Source: an uncultured Hyphomicrobiales bacterium
Lineage (GTDB): Bacteria; Bacteroidota; Ignavibacteria; Kapaibacteriales; UBA2268
Length of the DNA: 64,000 bases
Reading direction: 5' to 3'
Assembly (NCBI GenBank): GCA_964650885.1
Contig: CAZYXG010000004.1
Span: 9,723 to 73,722 of the forward strand
Shown here: positions 28,684 to 38,735 of the stretch, in pieces
Layout of the letters: each line of letters opens with the position of its first letter
Position numbering within the stretch: the first letter of the stretch is position 1
Program-made: the position numbers and the translations under genes
Notes under the pieces: model-generated
Database searches by the model: none
What the model saw: the letters and a program-made list of their open reading frames with translations, nothing else
What the model was told of the DNA's origin: nothing

Positions 28684-28756
28684 TGGTCGAAGAGGGATTT
28701 GAACCCCCGACACAAGGATTTTCAGTCCTTTGCTCTACCAACTGAGCTATTCGACC
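28684..28756 (-). tRNA. tRNA-Phe (anticodon GAA)
   Basis: The revcomp GGTCGAATAGCTCAGTTGGTAGAGCAAAGGACTGAAAATCCTTGTGTCGGGGGTTCAAATCCCTCTTCGACCA folds as a cloverleaf. Acceptor GGTCGAA/TTCGACC, D stem GCTC/GAGC, anticodon stem AAGGA/TCCTT with loop CTGAAAA (GAA), T arm GGGGG-TTCAAAT-CCCTC. CCA is not encoded. Confidence 0.85.
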
Positions 28757-28820
28757 AGCTCTTTCAAAAAAGAATACAAAAATATGACTTTTCCACAAAC
28801 TATGCAAGTACTTTTTGAAT

Positions 28821-29513
28821 TTAGTCTAAATTATTTTGAATTTCGGTTTTCAATTGTTCTATCAATAATGACTGTTCTAGTTTGTTCAATTCCCTTGGCA
28901 GACTTATAGGTTTTGAGATTATAACATCTATTGTTCCTGCATTGAATTTGAATTTGCCAACTGGAAGAATTTCATTAGTATTTCTAAGTGTAACGGGTAG
29001 CAAGTCTTTGCCAGCTTTAAAAGCTACAACGAATGCTCCTCTTTTGAATTCACCCAAAACTCCATCTATGCTTCGAGTTCCCTCTGGAAAAATGATGATT
29101 GTTGCTCCATTGTTTAGCTCTGCAACCGCTAAGTTAATTGATTCCATACTTTTTCTTGGGTCAGTTCTTTCAACCCCGATGAAAGGTGATATTTTCAAGC
29201 ATTGCCCAAATATTGGAATTTTTTCAAGCTCTTTTTTGTAGATAATTCGCACGTCTTTTTTGAAAATAGAAAGCAAAATTGGAATGTCCACCAAAGAACT
29301 ATGGTTAGATATAATCACAATGTTCTTTTCTAATGGAATATTTTCAGCACCAGTTATGTTTACTTTCACTCCAGCCACTAAAAGTAGCATTTTGCTCCAT
29401 GAATAAGCAAAGATGCTGAATACTCTTTTACCCATAAAAATCATTGCCAATGTAACTGAAAAGCTATAAAGGAATGTGGTAAAGAGCATTAACGCCACTT
29501 TTATAAAAAACAT
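28821..29513 (-). CDS. plsC: 1-acyl-sn-glycerol-3-phosphate acyltransferase
   Basis: 230 aa. NHSSLVDIPIL is the HX4D motif. ...IIIFPEGTRS... is the acyltransferase block III. N-terminal TM segment. Confidence 0.75.
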   Translation of the reverse strand: MFFIKVALMLFTTFLYSFSVTLAMIFMGKRVFSIFAYSWSKMLLLVAGVKVNITGAENIPLEKNIVIISNHSSLVDIPILLSIFKKDVRIIYKKELEKIPIFGQCLKISPFIGVERTDPRKSMESINLAVAELNNGATIIIFPEGTRSIDGVLGEFKRGAFVVAFKAGKDLLPVTLRNTNEILPVGKFKFNAGTIDVIISKPISLPRELNKLEQSLLIEQLKTEIQNNLD

Positions 29514-29786
29514 CTGATATCTATGTGATTTTTAGCAAAAACAAATCTAACAAATTACTTCCATAAGTTCAATAATTTAACGATAAATTTGATTTGGATT
29601 GGCAATAAATTTAGCCTAAAACCGTTGTAATTGCTTGTAATTAAGCAAACTAATTACGAAGAATATTTTCAAAACTTACATATAAGTCTTTGGAATATAT
29701 AAAAATATCCCTTTGAATTCTGAAAATTTTTAGTTAAATTTGTAAAATGTGCATATTTAAAAACCAAACTAAACTCAAAACATAAT

Positions 29787-31268
29787 ATGGCTAAAGCATT
29801 AAACGTTCTTTTTCTATCTAGCGAAGTATATCCATTTTCAAAAGAATCAGCTTTAGGCGATGTTTCTTTTTCTTTGCCTTTGGCATTGAGAGAGCTTGGC
29901 AATGATATTAGAGTAATGGTTCCAAAATATGGCAACATTTCTGAAAGAAAAAATAAAATTCACGAAATCAACCGTCTTCGCAATGTCCCAATTCAAGTGG
30001 GCGATGTGGAAGAACTTGCAACTATAAAATCTTCTGCTTTTAATAACCCTAGAAGTAAAGTACAAGCATACATCACAACGAATCACACTTATTTCGATTC
30101 TCGAAAAGGCATCTATCACGATCCTGAAACTTGGGAATTTTATAAAGATAACGCTCAAAGATTTATTTTCTTCTGCAAAAGCGTGGTAGAAACTTGCAAT
30201 TTGCTTGGCTGGTATCCCGATATTCTTCATTGCAACGACTGGCAAACTGCATTAGTGCCTTTGTTTGCGCGTGTGATGTATCCTAAGCAATTCAAAAAAA
30301 CTAAAATTGTTATGACTGTCCATAATTTTGAGAGACAAGGTATATTCCCTCTTTCTTTGCTGAAGCAAATTGGTTTGGATGATGAAGTTGCTTTGGCAGC
30401 ATTAACTCACAAAAAACAAACTAATTTCTTGAAAGCTGGCTTAGTCTATGCCGATTATATAACTACTGTGAGTGAAACATACGCAAAAGACATTATCAAA
30501 GATAAAACTACTTTGAATGGCTTGGAAACAATCATTAAAGAAAAAGGCGATAACTTTAAAGGAATCTTAAATAAAGTAGATCCATTTGTTTGGAATGCTG
30601 AAAAAGATAACCAAATTAAAGCTAAATACGAAGGCGATTACTACGAATATAAATACCACAATAAAGTAGCTCTAATCAATAAGTTTGGTTTGGAATACGA
30701 ACCATCTACTCCGTTAATAGCAATGGTAAGCTCGTTAAAAGCTGGAAAAGGTATCAATTTATTGATAGAAAAAGCTGACGAAATTTTCCAAGAAGATTTG
30801 CAATTTGTCCTTTTGGGGCAAGGCGAAAATGAAATTAAAGAGCAATTAACTAAAATCTCTGAGAAATACCCAACTAAATTCAAATGTATTTTCGATTTCA
30901 ACGATGATTTAGCACATTTGACTGAAGCAGGTAGCGATATATATTTGGTTATACCAGAATATGAGCCAGCTGCTTTAAACTTTATGTATGCTATGACTTA
31001 TGGCTCTGTGCCATTGGTTTTTCCTAGCGGTGGACTAACGGAAGTTGTGGAAGAATTCAATACCGAATCGGAAGAAGGGAATTGCATCATAATGAAAGAA
31101 CACACGGGTGGTGCTTTTATGGAAGCTTTAAGACAAGCGTCTAATTTATACAAAAACAGAGATAAATGGGAAGTGCTTGCTAGAAATGGAATGACTGGCG
31201 AATACAAATGGGGTGCTTCAGCAGTGGCATACTTCGATATTTATAAAAAAATTACACGTGAAGTGTAA
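29787..31268 (+). CDS. glgA: Glycogen/starch synthase-like GT5 glycosyltransferase
   Basis: 493 aa. Aligns along its length with E. coli GlgA: HCNDWQTALVPLF, TVHNFERQG, FLKAGLVYADYITTVSETYA, EYEPAALNFMYAMTYGSVPLVFPSGGLTEVV. The N-terminal KTGGL box reads KESAL. Confidence 0.75.
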   Translation: MAKALNVLFLSSEVYPFSKESALGDVSFSLPLALRELGNDIRVMVPKYGNISERKNKIHEINRLRNVPIQVGDVEELATIKSSAFNNPRSKVQAYITTNHTYFDSRKGIYHDPETWEFYKDNAQRFIFFCKSVVETCNLLGWYPDILHCNDWQTALVPLFARVMYPKQFKKTKIVMTVHNFERQGIFPLSLLKQIGLDDEVALAALTHKKQTNFLKAGLVYADYITTVSETYAKDIIKDKTTLNGLETIIKEKGDNFKGILNKVDPFVWNAEKDNQIKAKYEGDYYEYKYHNKVALINKFGLEYEPSTPLIAMVSSLKAGKGINLLIEKADEIFQEDLQFVLLGQGENEIKEQLTKISEKYPTKFKCIFDFNDDLAHLTEAGSDIYLVIPEYEPAALNFMYAMTYGSVPLVFPSGGLTEVVEEFNTESEEGNCIIMKEHTGGAFMEALRQASNLYKNRDKWEVLARNGMTGEYKWGASAVAYFDIYKKITREV

Positions 31269-31339
31269 CTTTTCGCAATTGTAAACGATTTAAACATTTC
31301 AGGGGCAGCTCTGAAATGTTTTTTTTTGAATAATTAACT

Positions 31340-32572
31340 ATGACTATAAAAAATTATATTTTCATTTTCATTGCCTTCATTGGCGTATTGTTCCTTGGTG
31401 CTTGCAACGATTTGCCAACCAACATTGGCTATCCGCTTGATACATTATACTTGGAAGCAATTAGTTCTTCGACTTTACCTTTAGTTTCTTCGACTAAAAC
31501 ATACTATAACAGACTTGATGGCAATTGGCCAAATCCAATTATGTTGGTAGGGAAAGCAAAAGATGTGGAATCATATTCATTTCTAAGATTTGGAACAACA
31601 AAAATAGATACTTTCCAATATGTTCAAGAAAGTGAAATAATATCTTCCAAACTTAGACTTTACCCTAACAGATATTCATTTGGCGATTCACTTACTACTG
31701 GTGCTGCCGATTTTGGACTGTATGAAACTATTAAAGCTATGGGCGATAGCACTACTTTCGATACTATAATTGCTAAAGGTGGAATCTCTGCTTACTTTAA
31801 CCCAACAGAACTTGGTAGTTTCACAGGCAAAATAGATTTAAAAGATACTATTCCGCCAATAATTATTGAGCTAAACAGCCAAAAGATAATTAAAAAGTGG
31901 CTGGATATGGCAAAGGATGTTACTTCGGCTGAAGCACTATATAAAAATGGAATTACTCTTGCTCCAAGAAGCAATAGCAAAGTTATCAATAGATTTGCTT
32001 CTAATTTCGATTCCAGCCGTTTTGAAGTTGTTTTCAATAATTCAAAAAAAGGCAGAATAGATACTATCCATATTTCATTGCAAACAGTATCGAATTATTC
32101 TAATACGACAATTGATTTGAACGACAGTTCTATGTATTTGCAGTATGGCGTTTCGCTTAGGGGATTGCTTTCCTTTGATTTGAGTATGATTCCAAAATAT
32201 GCTTCAGTAATTAGTTCAGAGCTTGAAATCACTTTCGATAGCACTCGCTCATACTATGCAAACTATGGAACTGATACAACTTTTTCTGCTGGTGATTTTA
32301 CAAATATATACATTAAAAAACCAATCACTCCTTATTTGGCACTGAGAAAAGCAGGTACTGATAAATATATATTTCCAAGTATTACATCGGCAATTGAGCG
32401 ATGGGTACGAAAAGATGGTAAGGGGACAATTCAACTTATACCTCAAAGAAACACCTCGGCTGCAACAGAATATATTTACTTAGACCGTAGTGTGTTTTTT
32501 GGGCAAGATGCAAAAGATATTGATAAAAGACCAAAGTTAAAAGTAATTTATTCCAGAAGACCAAAAAATTAA
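31340..32572 (+). CDS. Hypothetical lipoprotein
   Basis: 410 aa. ...IFIFIAFIGVLFLGAC is a lipobox. No assignable domain. Confidence 0.5.
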   Translation: MTIKNYIFIFIAFIGVLFLGACNDLPTNIGYPLDTLYLEAISSSTLPLVSSTKTYYNRLDGNWPNPIMLVGKAKDVESYSFLRFGTTKIDTFQYVQESEIISSKLRLYPNRYSFGDSLTTGAADFGLYETIKAMGDSTTFDTIIAKGGISAYFNPTELGSFTGKIDLKDTIPPIIIELNSQKIIKKWLDMAKDVTSAEALYKNGITLAPRSNSKVINRFASNFDSSRFEVVFNNSKKGRIDTIHISLQTVSNYSNTTIDLNDSSMYLQYGVSLRGLLSFDLSMIPKYASVISSELEITFDSTRSYYANYGTDTTFSAGDFTNIYIKKPITPYLALRKAGTDKYIFPSITSAIERWVRKDGKGTIQLIPQRNTSAATEYIYLDRSVFFGQDAKDIDKRPKLKVIYSRRPKN

Positions 32573-32576
32573 TCAA

Positions 32577-33800
32577 ATGAAAGTTAAAATTTTAATTTTA
32601 AGTATAATATTAATCTCATCTTTGGCTTTTGCTGAAGGTGGTTCGAATTACTCTATATTTGGACTTGGTGATATGCGTCAGTCGGCTTCTGCTCCGTATA
32701 ACGGAATGGGTGGTGCTGCTGTGGCTGTACCATTCGATAATTCTATTAATTTGTTCAATCCAGCTATGTGGAGTTTTACTACAACTACTCGATTCCAAAT
32801 TGGTTATAATCAGAATCAAACTATTTCTTCCGATGGATTGAGAAGCAACTATCAGACTAATGGCAAATTTGATGGTGCTCAAATATTGTTTGCTCTCGAT
32901 ACGGCAAATGGAATAGCATTGAGCTTCGGACTTAATTCCAACGCCACTCAGAACTACAACGTTTCCACTACACTTAGCAATTATATTGAAGGAATCGCTG
33001 CCAATGGGAAGAGTTTCTATCAGGGCTCGGGAGGGCTTACTAATTTTTATATTGGTGCATCTACTAAAATATTAAAATATTTTTCATTAGGGGCATATTA
33101 TAAAACTTATGTTGGAAAGGCTGAAGATAAATCCAAATCTATTTTCTATGAGAATTATGCATATACTACTGAAACTGTATTCCAAAATTCATATACGGGT
33201 CAAGCAGCTCGTCTTGGACTTGGCTTTAATTATGAAGATTTGACATTGGGTGCTTTCTATGAAACTGCAGCCAGTATGAATGCCGATGTTTCCACTATTT
33301 ATCAATCAGTAATAAATTTGGATACCACCTTCACAAGTAACTATAAATTTACTATACCATCTAGTATTGGGTTTGGAGCTTCTTATAAAACTGGAAAGTT
33401 TTTATTTGCAGCCGATTACAAAGCTCAGGATTTCACAGCTTTCGATTTCAGAAAACGTGATATAGTAGAATATGTTCCTTCGCAAAATTTCAGCTTAGGA
33501 GTTGCTAGGTTTGGTAGTAAATTAACTTCAGCCGATTACTTCGATAGAATAACATATAAGTTTGGCTTGGGCTATAATACTCTTTATTACAAAGTAAATG
33601 GTCAGAATGTATCAGAAATATTTGGTACTTACGGAATGCAATTCCCGTTGCCAGGCACAGGACTTGTTGATGCAGCAATTGCTGGTGGTCAGAGAGGCAG
33701 CTTAGACAATGGCTTGATTAGAGAGATTTTCTTCCGAATGAACTTTTCGCTAAGCATTGGCGAAAGCTGGTTCCATCCGTTCCGCAGAGAATACGAATAA
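32577..33800 (+). CDS. Putative outer-membrane beta-barrel protein
   Basis: 407 aa. Signal peptide MKVKILILSIILISSLAFA. Alternating amphipathic beta-strand pattern, rich in Y/G/N/T, ending ...SWFHPFRREYE. Starts 4 nt after the lipoprotein gene. Confidence 0.5.
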   Translation: MKVKILILSIILISSLAFAEGGSNYSIFGLGDMRQSASAPYNGMGGAAVAVPFDNSINLFNPAMWSFTTTTRFQIGYNQNQTISSDGLRSNYQTNGKFDGAQILFALDTANGIALSFGLNSNATQNYNVSTTLSNYIEGIAANGKSFYQGSGGLTNFYIGASTKILKYFSLGAYYKTYVGKAEDKSKSIFYENYAYTTETVFQNSYTGQAARLGLGFNYEDLTLGAFYETAASMNADVSTIYQSVINLDTTFTSNYKFTIPSSIGFGASYKTGKFLFAADYKAQDFTAFDFRKRDIVEYVPSQNFSLGVARFGSKLTSADYFDRITYKFGLGYNTLYYKVNGQNVSEIFGTYGMQFPLPGTGLVDAAIAGGQRGSLDNGLIREIFFRMNFSLSIGESWFHPFRREYE

Positions 33801-33857
33801 CATTACAAATCAAATTTAGTTCGTCTTTCTTATAAAATCAAAACAAAAAAAAAGAAA

Positions 33858-34421
33858 ATGAAAGATAAAAATACATTCTATCCAATAATTCGCTCCACAA
33901 CTGTTGTGGGAGTGATTAAAAATGGCAAAGCTGCTCTTGGTGCCGATGGACAAGTTAGCTTTGGCAACACAGTAATGAAGCATAGCACAAAAAAAGTACG
34001 TAAACTATACCAAGATAAAATTTTGGTCGGTTTTGCTGGTGCTACAGCCGATGCTTTCACTTTGCTGCAACGCTTTGAAGAAAAGTTAGATTCAAACCGT
34101 GGTAATCTATATAGAGCTTCAATAGAGCTTGCTAAAGATTGGCGTACGGATAGATACTTGCGTAAGCTTGAAGCAATGATGATTACAATGAGTGCAAACC
34201 AAATGCTATTAATTAGTGGAACAGGCGATGTGATAGAGCCAGACGATAATGTAATCGCTATCGGTTCTGGTGGTTCATTTGCCCTTTCGGCTGCTCGAGC
34301 ACTCGATAAACATACTGATTTATCGGCTGTTGAAATAGTACGTGAATCTTTGAATATAGCTGCCGATATATGTATTTATACAAATAATAATTTGACAATT
34401 GAAGAATTGACACAAGAATAA
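33858..34421 (+). CDS. hslV: ATP-dependent protease subunit HslV, with a 14-aa N-terminal extension ahead of the catalytic Thr
   Basis: 187 aa. After [13 protein letters not shown] comes [38 protein letters not shown]...[12 protein letters not shown]...[13 protein letters not shown]..., near-colinear with E. coli HslV (TTIVSVRRNG...). Confidence 0.9.
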   Translation: MKDKNTFYPIIRSTTVVGVIKNGKAALGADGQVSFGNTVMKHSTKKVRKLYQDKILVGFAGATADAFTLLQRFEEKLDSNRGNLYRASIELAKDWRTDRYLRKLEAMMITMSANQMLLISGTGDVIEPDDNVIAIGSGGSFALSAARALDKHTDLSAVEIVRESLNIAADICIYTNNNLTIEELTQE

Positions 34422-34428
34422 TTAGAAA

Positions 34429-35853
34429 ATGGAAATGGATAATAACTTACTTAATTCAAATGAAGAAGAAGCTCCGAAACAAACTCATTTGGAAAAACAA
34501 AAACAGTTAACGCCACACCAAATTGTGAGCGAGCTGGATAAATATGTTATAGGGCAAGATGCTGCTAAAAAATCTGTGGCAATAGCTCTAAGAAACAGAT
34601 GGAGAAGACAACAAGTATCGGGCGATTTGAAGAACGAAATAATTCCGAATAATATAATAATGATTGGGCCAACTGGGGTTGGTAAAACAGAAATAGCTCG
34701 ACGATTAGCCAAATTGGCTGGAGCTCCATTTGTGAAAGTGGAAGCTACAAAATTCACAGAAGTTGGCTATGTGGGCCGTGATGTAGAATCAATGATTCGT
34801 GATTTGGTCGAAAAATCTGTAGCAATGGTTAAAGATGAGCAATTTATTATTAAAAAAGCAGAAGCTGTAAAAAATACTGAAAATAGATTATTAGATATTC
34901 TAATACCACCTGTGAAAAAAGGACCATCGTTCGATACTGATACAGATGTAGATTTAGAAGAAAACGCTCAGACTCGTGAGAAATTCAGAATTATGCTGCA
35001 AAAAGGTATGCTGGACGATAGAATAATTGAGCTTGAAATTACTTCCGAAAGCAACTCAAGTATGCAAATATTGGGACCAATTGGCTTCGACGAAATGGGA
35101 ATGAACATTCAAGATTTGCTTGGAAATATTGCTCCTAAAAAGAAAAAGAAACGCAAAATGAAAGTGGCTGATGCCAGAGTGATACTTGAAAAAGAAGAAG
35201 CTGAAAAGTTACTCGATATGGATGCGATAATAAAAGAAGCTTTGAATATAGTTCAAAATTCTGGTATAGTTTTCATAGACGAGATAGATAAAATAGCATC
35301 GAGAGGTGGAGCAAGCAATAGCGGGCCAGAAGTGAGCCGAGAGGGAGTGCAAAGAGATTTACTGCCAATAGTAGAAGGATCATCGGTAAATACTAAGTAT
35401 GGAACTGTACACACAGACCACATTTTATTTATAGCATCTGGAGCATTCCACGTATCGAAACCATCGGATTTGATACCAGAGTTGCAAGGGCGATTCCCAA
35501 TTAGAGTGGAGCTAAGCAGTTTGACAGAAAGTGACTTTGTGAAAATTCTAACTGTACCTGAAAATGCTCTTATAAAACAATACCACGCACTGATGCAAAC
35601 AGAAGGAATAGAGTTAGAATTTACTTCGGATGCAATAGAAGAAATTGCGAAAATAGCAACCTATGTGAACGACGAAGTAACCAATATTGGAGCTCGCCGT
35701 TTGCACACAATTTTATCTACATTGCTGGACGATATTTTATTCAACGCACCAGACAATATAGAAGAAAAATCAATAAAAATAAATGCTGAAAAAGTGAAAG
35801 AAAGCTTAAATAGCATTGCCCAAAACTCCGACCTCAGCAAATTTATTTTGTAA
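34429..35853 (+). CDS. hslU: ATP-dependent protease ATPase subunit HslU
   Basis: 474 aa. ...[33 protein letters not shown]... Walker [44 protein letters not shown]. ...FIDEIDKIA... Carries about 23 extra N-terminal residues relative to E. coli. Confidence 0.9.
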   Translation: MEMDNNLLNSNEEEAPKQTHLEKQKQLTPHQIVSELDKYVIGQDAAKKSVAIALRNRWRRQQVSGDLKNEIIPNNIIMIGPTGVGKTEIARRLAKLAGAPFVKVEATKFTEVGYVGRDVESMIRDLVEKSVAMVKDEQFIIKKAEAVKNTENRLLDILIPPVKKGPSFDTDTDVDLEENAQTREKFRIMLQKGMLDDRIIELEITSESNSSMQILGPIGFDEMGMNIQDLLGNIAPKKKKKRKMKVADARVILEKEEAEKLLDMDAIIKEALNIVQNSGIVFIDEIDKIASRGGASNSGPEVSREGVQRDLLPIVEGSSVNTKYGTVHTDHILFIASGAFHVSKPSDLIPELQGRFPIRVELSSLTESDFVKILTVPENALIKQYHALMQTEGIELEFTSDAIEEIAKIATYVNDEVTNIGARRLHTILSTLLDDILFNAPDNIEEKSIKINAEKVKESLNSIAQNSDLSKFIL

Positions 35854-35877
35854 TCAAAAAATGAATAACAAAACTAT

Positions 35878-35912
35878 CCTTCCGAAGGTTTAGAGCCTTC
35901 TGAAGGTTTTTT
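35878..35912 (+). terminator. Rho-independent terminator after hslU
   Basis: CCTTCCGAAGG-TTTAGAG-CCTTCTGAAGG forms an 11-bp stem with one central mismatch, followed by TTTTTT. Confidence 0.6.
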
Positions 35913-36302
35913 AAAGTTTAGCAATAACTTTTTCTTTATCATACAGTATATAAAATCAATTTGCTAATCGCAGAGAATGGAGTTGTATTTACAATAATTC
36001 ATCGGCATGCGAGCAAAAAAGAATGTACTATAACACTGCTGGCAGGACTTAAAAACTATTTGTACGACCACGGAACTATTACGAATTAGAAATTACGAAT
36101 GAAAAAATTTAATTGGCATTTCGTAAATTGAATTTTGTGTTTGAATAAGTTTCGTTTGGCAGACAAGCAAACCAGCCCTCGTTTCCCTTATAATTTTAGT
36201 ATGGAATGTTTTTTTAGAAATCATCTTCGGAGCTTTGGGTTTTGTGTGGGTTTGCTTCTCTTAACATAATGCTGCTTTGTAGCAATAAGAATTATTAACT
36301 CA

Positions 36303-36977
36303 TCATTCAAAATCTATACATTTTTGGGTATGTAATTTCCAATTATCTATTTCTAGTGCCACTAAGTTGCCTAATTCTTTGTTGGAATTGATGAAAACGC
36401 AGCCGCCATCTAGTAAAATACGGTCTTCGTTAAGTGAATTGTATATTCTTTCAAGTGTGCTTGGGGTGTGACCTACTAAAATTCTTCTGTTGCCAATTTT
36501 TGATTTGTCAAATGTGGCATTGCGAATCCAAGGCATTGATTCAAATTCTTCTAGTGGATTTTCAGCATCGAAGTTTAGCCCACCATGAACTAATATAAAT
36601 TCATCTGTTTCGTAAAGGAATGGCAAATTTGTGATGAAGTCTATATATTTGTCTTTAATATTTGCAGGATGTTCTACTTCAAAGCTATTTAATGTAGCTT
36701 GACCTCCACTTCGCATCCAACCTTGGAATTTGAGAGGAGAGAAAATTGAGCCAAGTAGCATAATTTCGTGGTTGCCCATAATTGGCTTTACATTGAAGCC
36801 CATGGATTTCATTTTTAGCAATAATTTCAATACTTTTTTTGTATGTGGCCCTCGATCAATAAAATCGCCCAATAGGTATATAGTGTCTTCGGTGGATACA
36901 GCTAAAACTTCAAAAAGTAATTTTTTGAAAGTTAGGTAGCAGCCGTGTATGTCGCCTATGGCAAAAGTTCGTCCCAT
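36303..36977 (-). CDS. PPP-family metallophosphoesterase (Ser/Thr phosphatase or ApaH-like)
   Basis: 224 aa. GDIHGCYLTFKKLL, GDFIDRGPH and GNHE are the phosphoesterase motifs I-III. Confidence 0.7.
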   Translation of the reverse strand: MGRTFAIGDIHGCYLTFKKLLFEVLAVSTEDTIYLLGDFIDRGPHTKKVLKLLLKMKSMGFNVKPIMGNHEIMLLGSIFSPLKFQGWMRSGGQATLNSFEVEHPANIKDKYIDFITNLPFLYETDEFILVHGGLNFDAENPLEEFESMPWIRNATFDKSKIGNRRILVGHTPSTLERIYNSLNEDRILLDGGCVFINSNKELGNLVALEIDNWKLHTQKCIDFE

Positions 36978-37090
36978 AAGTCACGAAATTAATAAAAATT
37001 AAAGACATTAATTGAACTATTAGTTAAGTTTGATTTATATTTCCTAAATAAGTATCATTTTGGTTTTATCTTTTCTCAATCAAATTTCGT

Positions 37091-37133
37091 AATTTAGTAT
37101 TCTTTGAATTTAATTAAAACTGAATACTAAAAT
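37091..37133. promoter_or_regulatory. Perfect 10-12 bp inverted repeat with a 19-nt spacer, immediately upstream of gatB
   Basis: TTTAGTATTC (37093-37102) pairs with GAATACTAAA (37122-37131) perfectly; it extends to 11/12. Ends 11 nt before the gatB ATG. Lies in the divergent promoter region shared with the phosphoesterase gene. Confidence 0.3.
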
Positions 37134-37143
37134 CAATTCAATA

Positions 37144-38595
37144 ATGACTGACAAATACGAAGCGGTAATCGGGCTGGAAGTCCATGCTCAACTTCTCACA
37201 AAATCTAAAGCATTTTGCTCTTGTCCCAATCGCTATGGGGATATTCCAAACACACTTGTTTGTCCAATTTGTTTGGGCCATCCTGGCACTTTGCCTGTGC
37301 TTAATGAGGCATTGGTGGAAGGAATTGTGAAAATGGGTTTGGCTACGAACTGCCATATTAGAGAGATTTCTGGTTTTGCTAGAAAAAACTACTTTTATCA
37401 AGATTTGCCAAAGGGCTACCAAATAACTCAATTCGATGACCCAATCTGCTATGATGGCTTTGTGGAAATTGAAGAAGAAGATGGCACATATAAAAAAATT
37501 GGCGTTACTAGAATCCATATGGAAGAGGACACTGGAAAATCGAATCATGATTTGGATATTGATACTCTAGTGGATTTGAATAGAGCTGGTGTGCCATTGA
37601 TAGAAATTGTGAGCGAACCAGATATACGCAATGCCGAAGAAGCATATAAGTATTTATCGCAAATTAAAAACATTGTACTTTATTTGGGAATCTGCACGGG
37701 CAATATGGAAGAGGGGGCTTTGCGTTGCGATGCAAACGTGTCTGTCCGATTGATAGGTGCTAAAGAATTCGGAACTAAAGCAGAAGTTAAGAATATGAAT
37801 AGTTTCCGCAATGTGGAAAAAGCTATTGAATATGAAATAAAAAGACAAATTGAATTAATTGAATCTGGTGGCAAAGTAGCACAGGAAACTCGCCAGTGGG
37901 ATGCTGGAAGTGGCACTACTAAATCTATGCGATCGAAAGAATCGTCTCACGATTACCGCTATTTCCCTGAGCCAGATTTGCTTAAAGTACAAATCACAAA
38001 CGACACTAAAGAAACTTTGTTTAATGATTTGCCTGAATTGCCTTTGGCAAGAAAGCAACGCTTTATGAAGCATTTCGGTTTGACAAGAAGAGATGCGGGA
38101 ATATTGACAGAGGATAAAAACACTGCTGAATTTTTCGAGAATTGCTGTGAATTAATCACTGACAAAACTGAAAAGAGATTTAAAGTTGTGAATAACTGGA
38201 TTCAAACAGAGGTGCTTAGAATTAAAGCTGAGCGTAAAGTTGAATTTAGTGAATTGGACATATCTCCAAATATTATTGCTGAACTTGCTGATTTGCAAGA
38301 TGAAGGTTTGATTTCAAATAAAATAGCGAAAGATATATTTCCTGAATGTGTGGAAGGTAAACTTTCGCCCAAAAAACTTGTGGAAGAGCGTGGCTTAAAG
38401 CAAAATAGTGACTCTTCGCAACTGGACAGAATTGTGAAGCAAATAATTGAAGCGAACCCAGATAATGTGGCTAAGTTCAAAGCTGGTCAGTTCCGTTTGG
38501 AGGGTTTCTTTGTGGGACAAGTAATGAAAGAAACAAAGGGATCTGCAAATCCTGGTCTTGTGGCAGAACTTGTAAAAAAATATTTAGAAAGTTAG
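37144..38595 (+). CDS. gatB: Asp-tRNA(Asn)/Glu-tRNA(Gln) amidotransferase subunit B
   Basis: 483 aa. MTDKYEAVIGLEVHAQLLTKSKAFCSCPN...VCPICLGHPGTLPVLN is the diagnostic GatB N-terminus. The C-terminal YqeY-like domain is present. Confidence 0.9.
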   Translation: MTDKYEAVIGLEVHAQLLTKSKAFCSCPNRYGDIPNTLVCPICLGHPGTLPVLNEALVEGIVKMGLATNCHIREISGFARKNYFYQDLPKGYQITQFDDPICYDGFVEIEEEDGTYKKIGVTRIHMEEDTGKSNHDLDIDTLVDLNRAGVPLIEIVSEPDIRNAEEAYKYLSQIKNIVLYLGICTGNMEEGALRCDANVSVRLIGAKEFGTKAEVKNMNSFRNVEKAIEYEIKRQIELIESGGKVAQETRQWDAGSGTTKSMRSKESSHDYRYFPEPDLLKVQITNDTKETLFNDLPELPLARKQRFMKHFGLTRRDAGILTEDKNTAEFFENCCELITDKTEKRFKVVNNWIQTEVLRIKAERKVEFSELDISPNIIAELADLQDEGLISNKIAKDIFPECVEGKLSPKKLVEERGLKQNSDSSQLDRIVKQIIEANPDNVAKFKAGQFRLEGFFVGQVMKETKGSANPGLVAELVKKYLES

Positions 38596-38735
38596 GGTAT
38601 GTTGGAACATCTTAACGGAAGATTAACCGAGAGATAGTTAAATTGCGTTTTGAAATGAATACATTTCTCAAAACTTGTTTGAAATTGAAGAAAATTGAAA
38701 ATAAAAATTAAGTTATAAATAAATGGAGCACACAG

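Noticed and set aside
28684-28756. tRNA-Phe as an integration site of a mobile element
   Set aside because: No integrase, transposase, direct repeat of the tRNA 3' end or compositional shift is seen on either side. The flanks are plsC and a TonB receptor with their own terminators.
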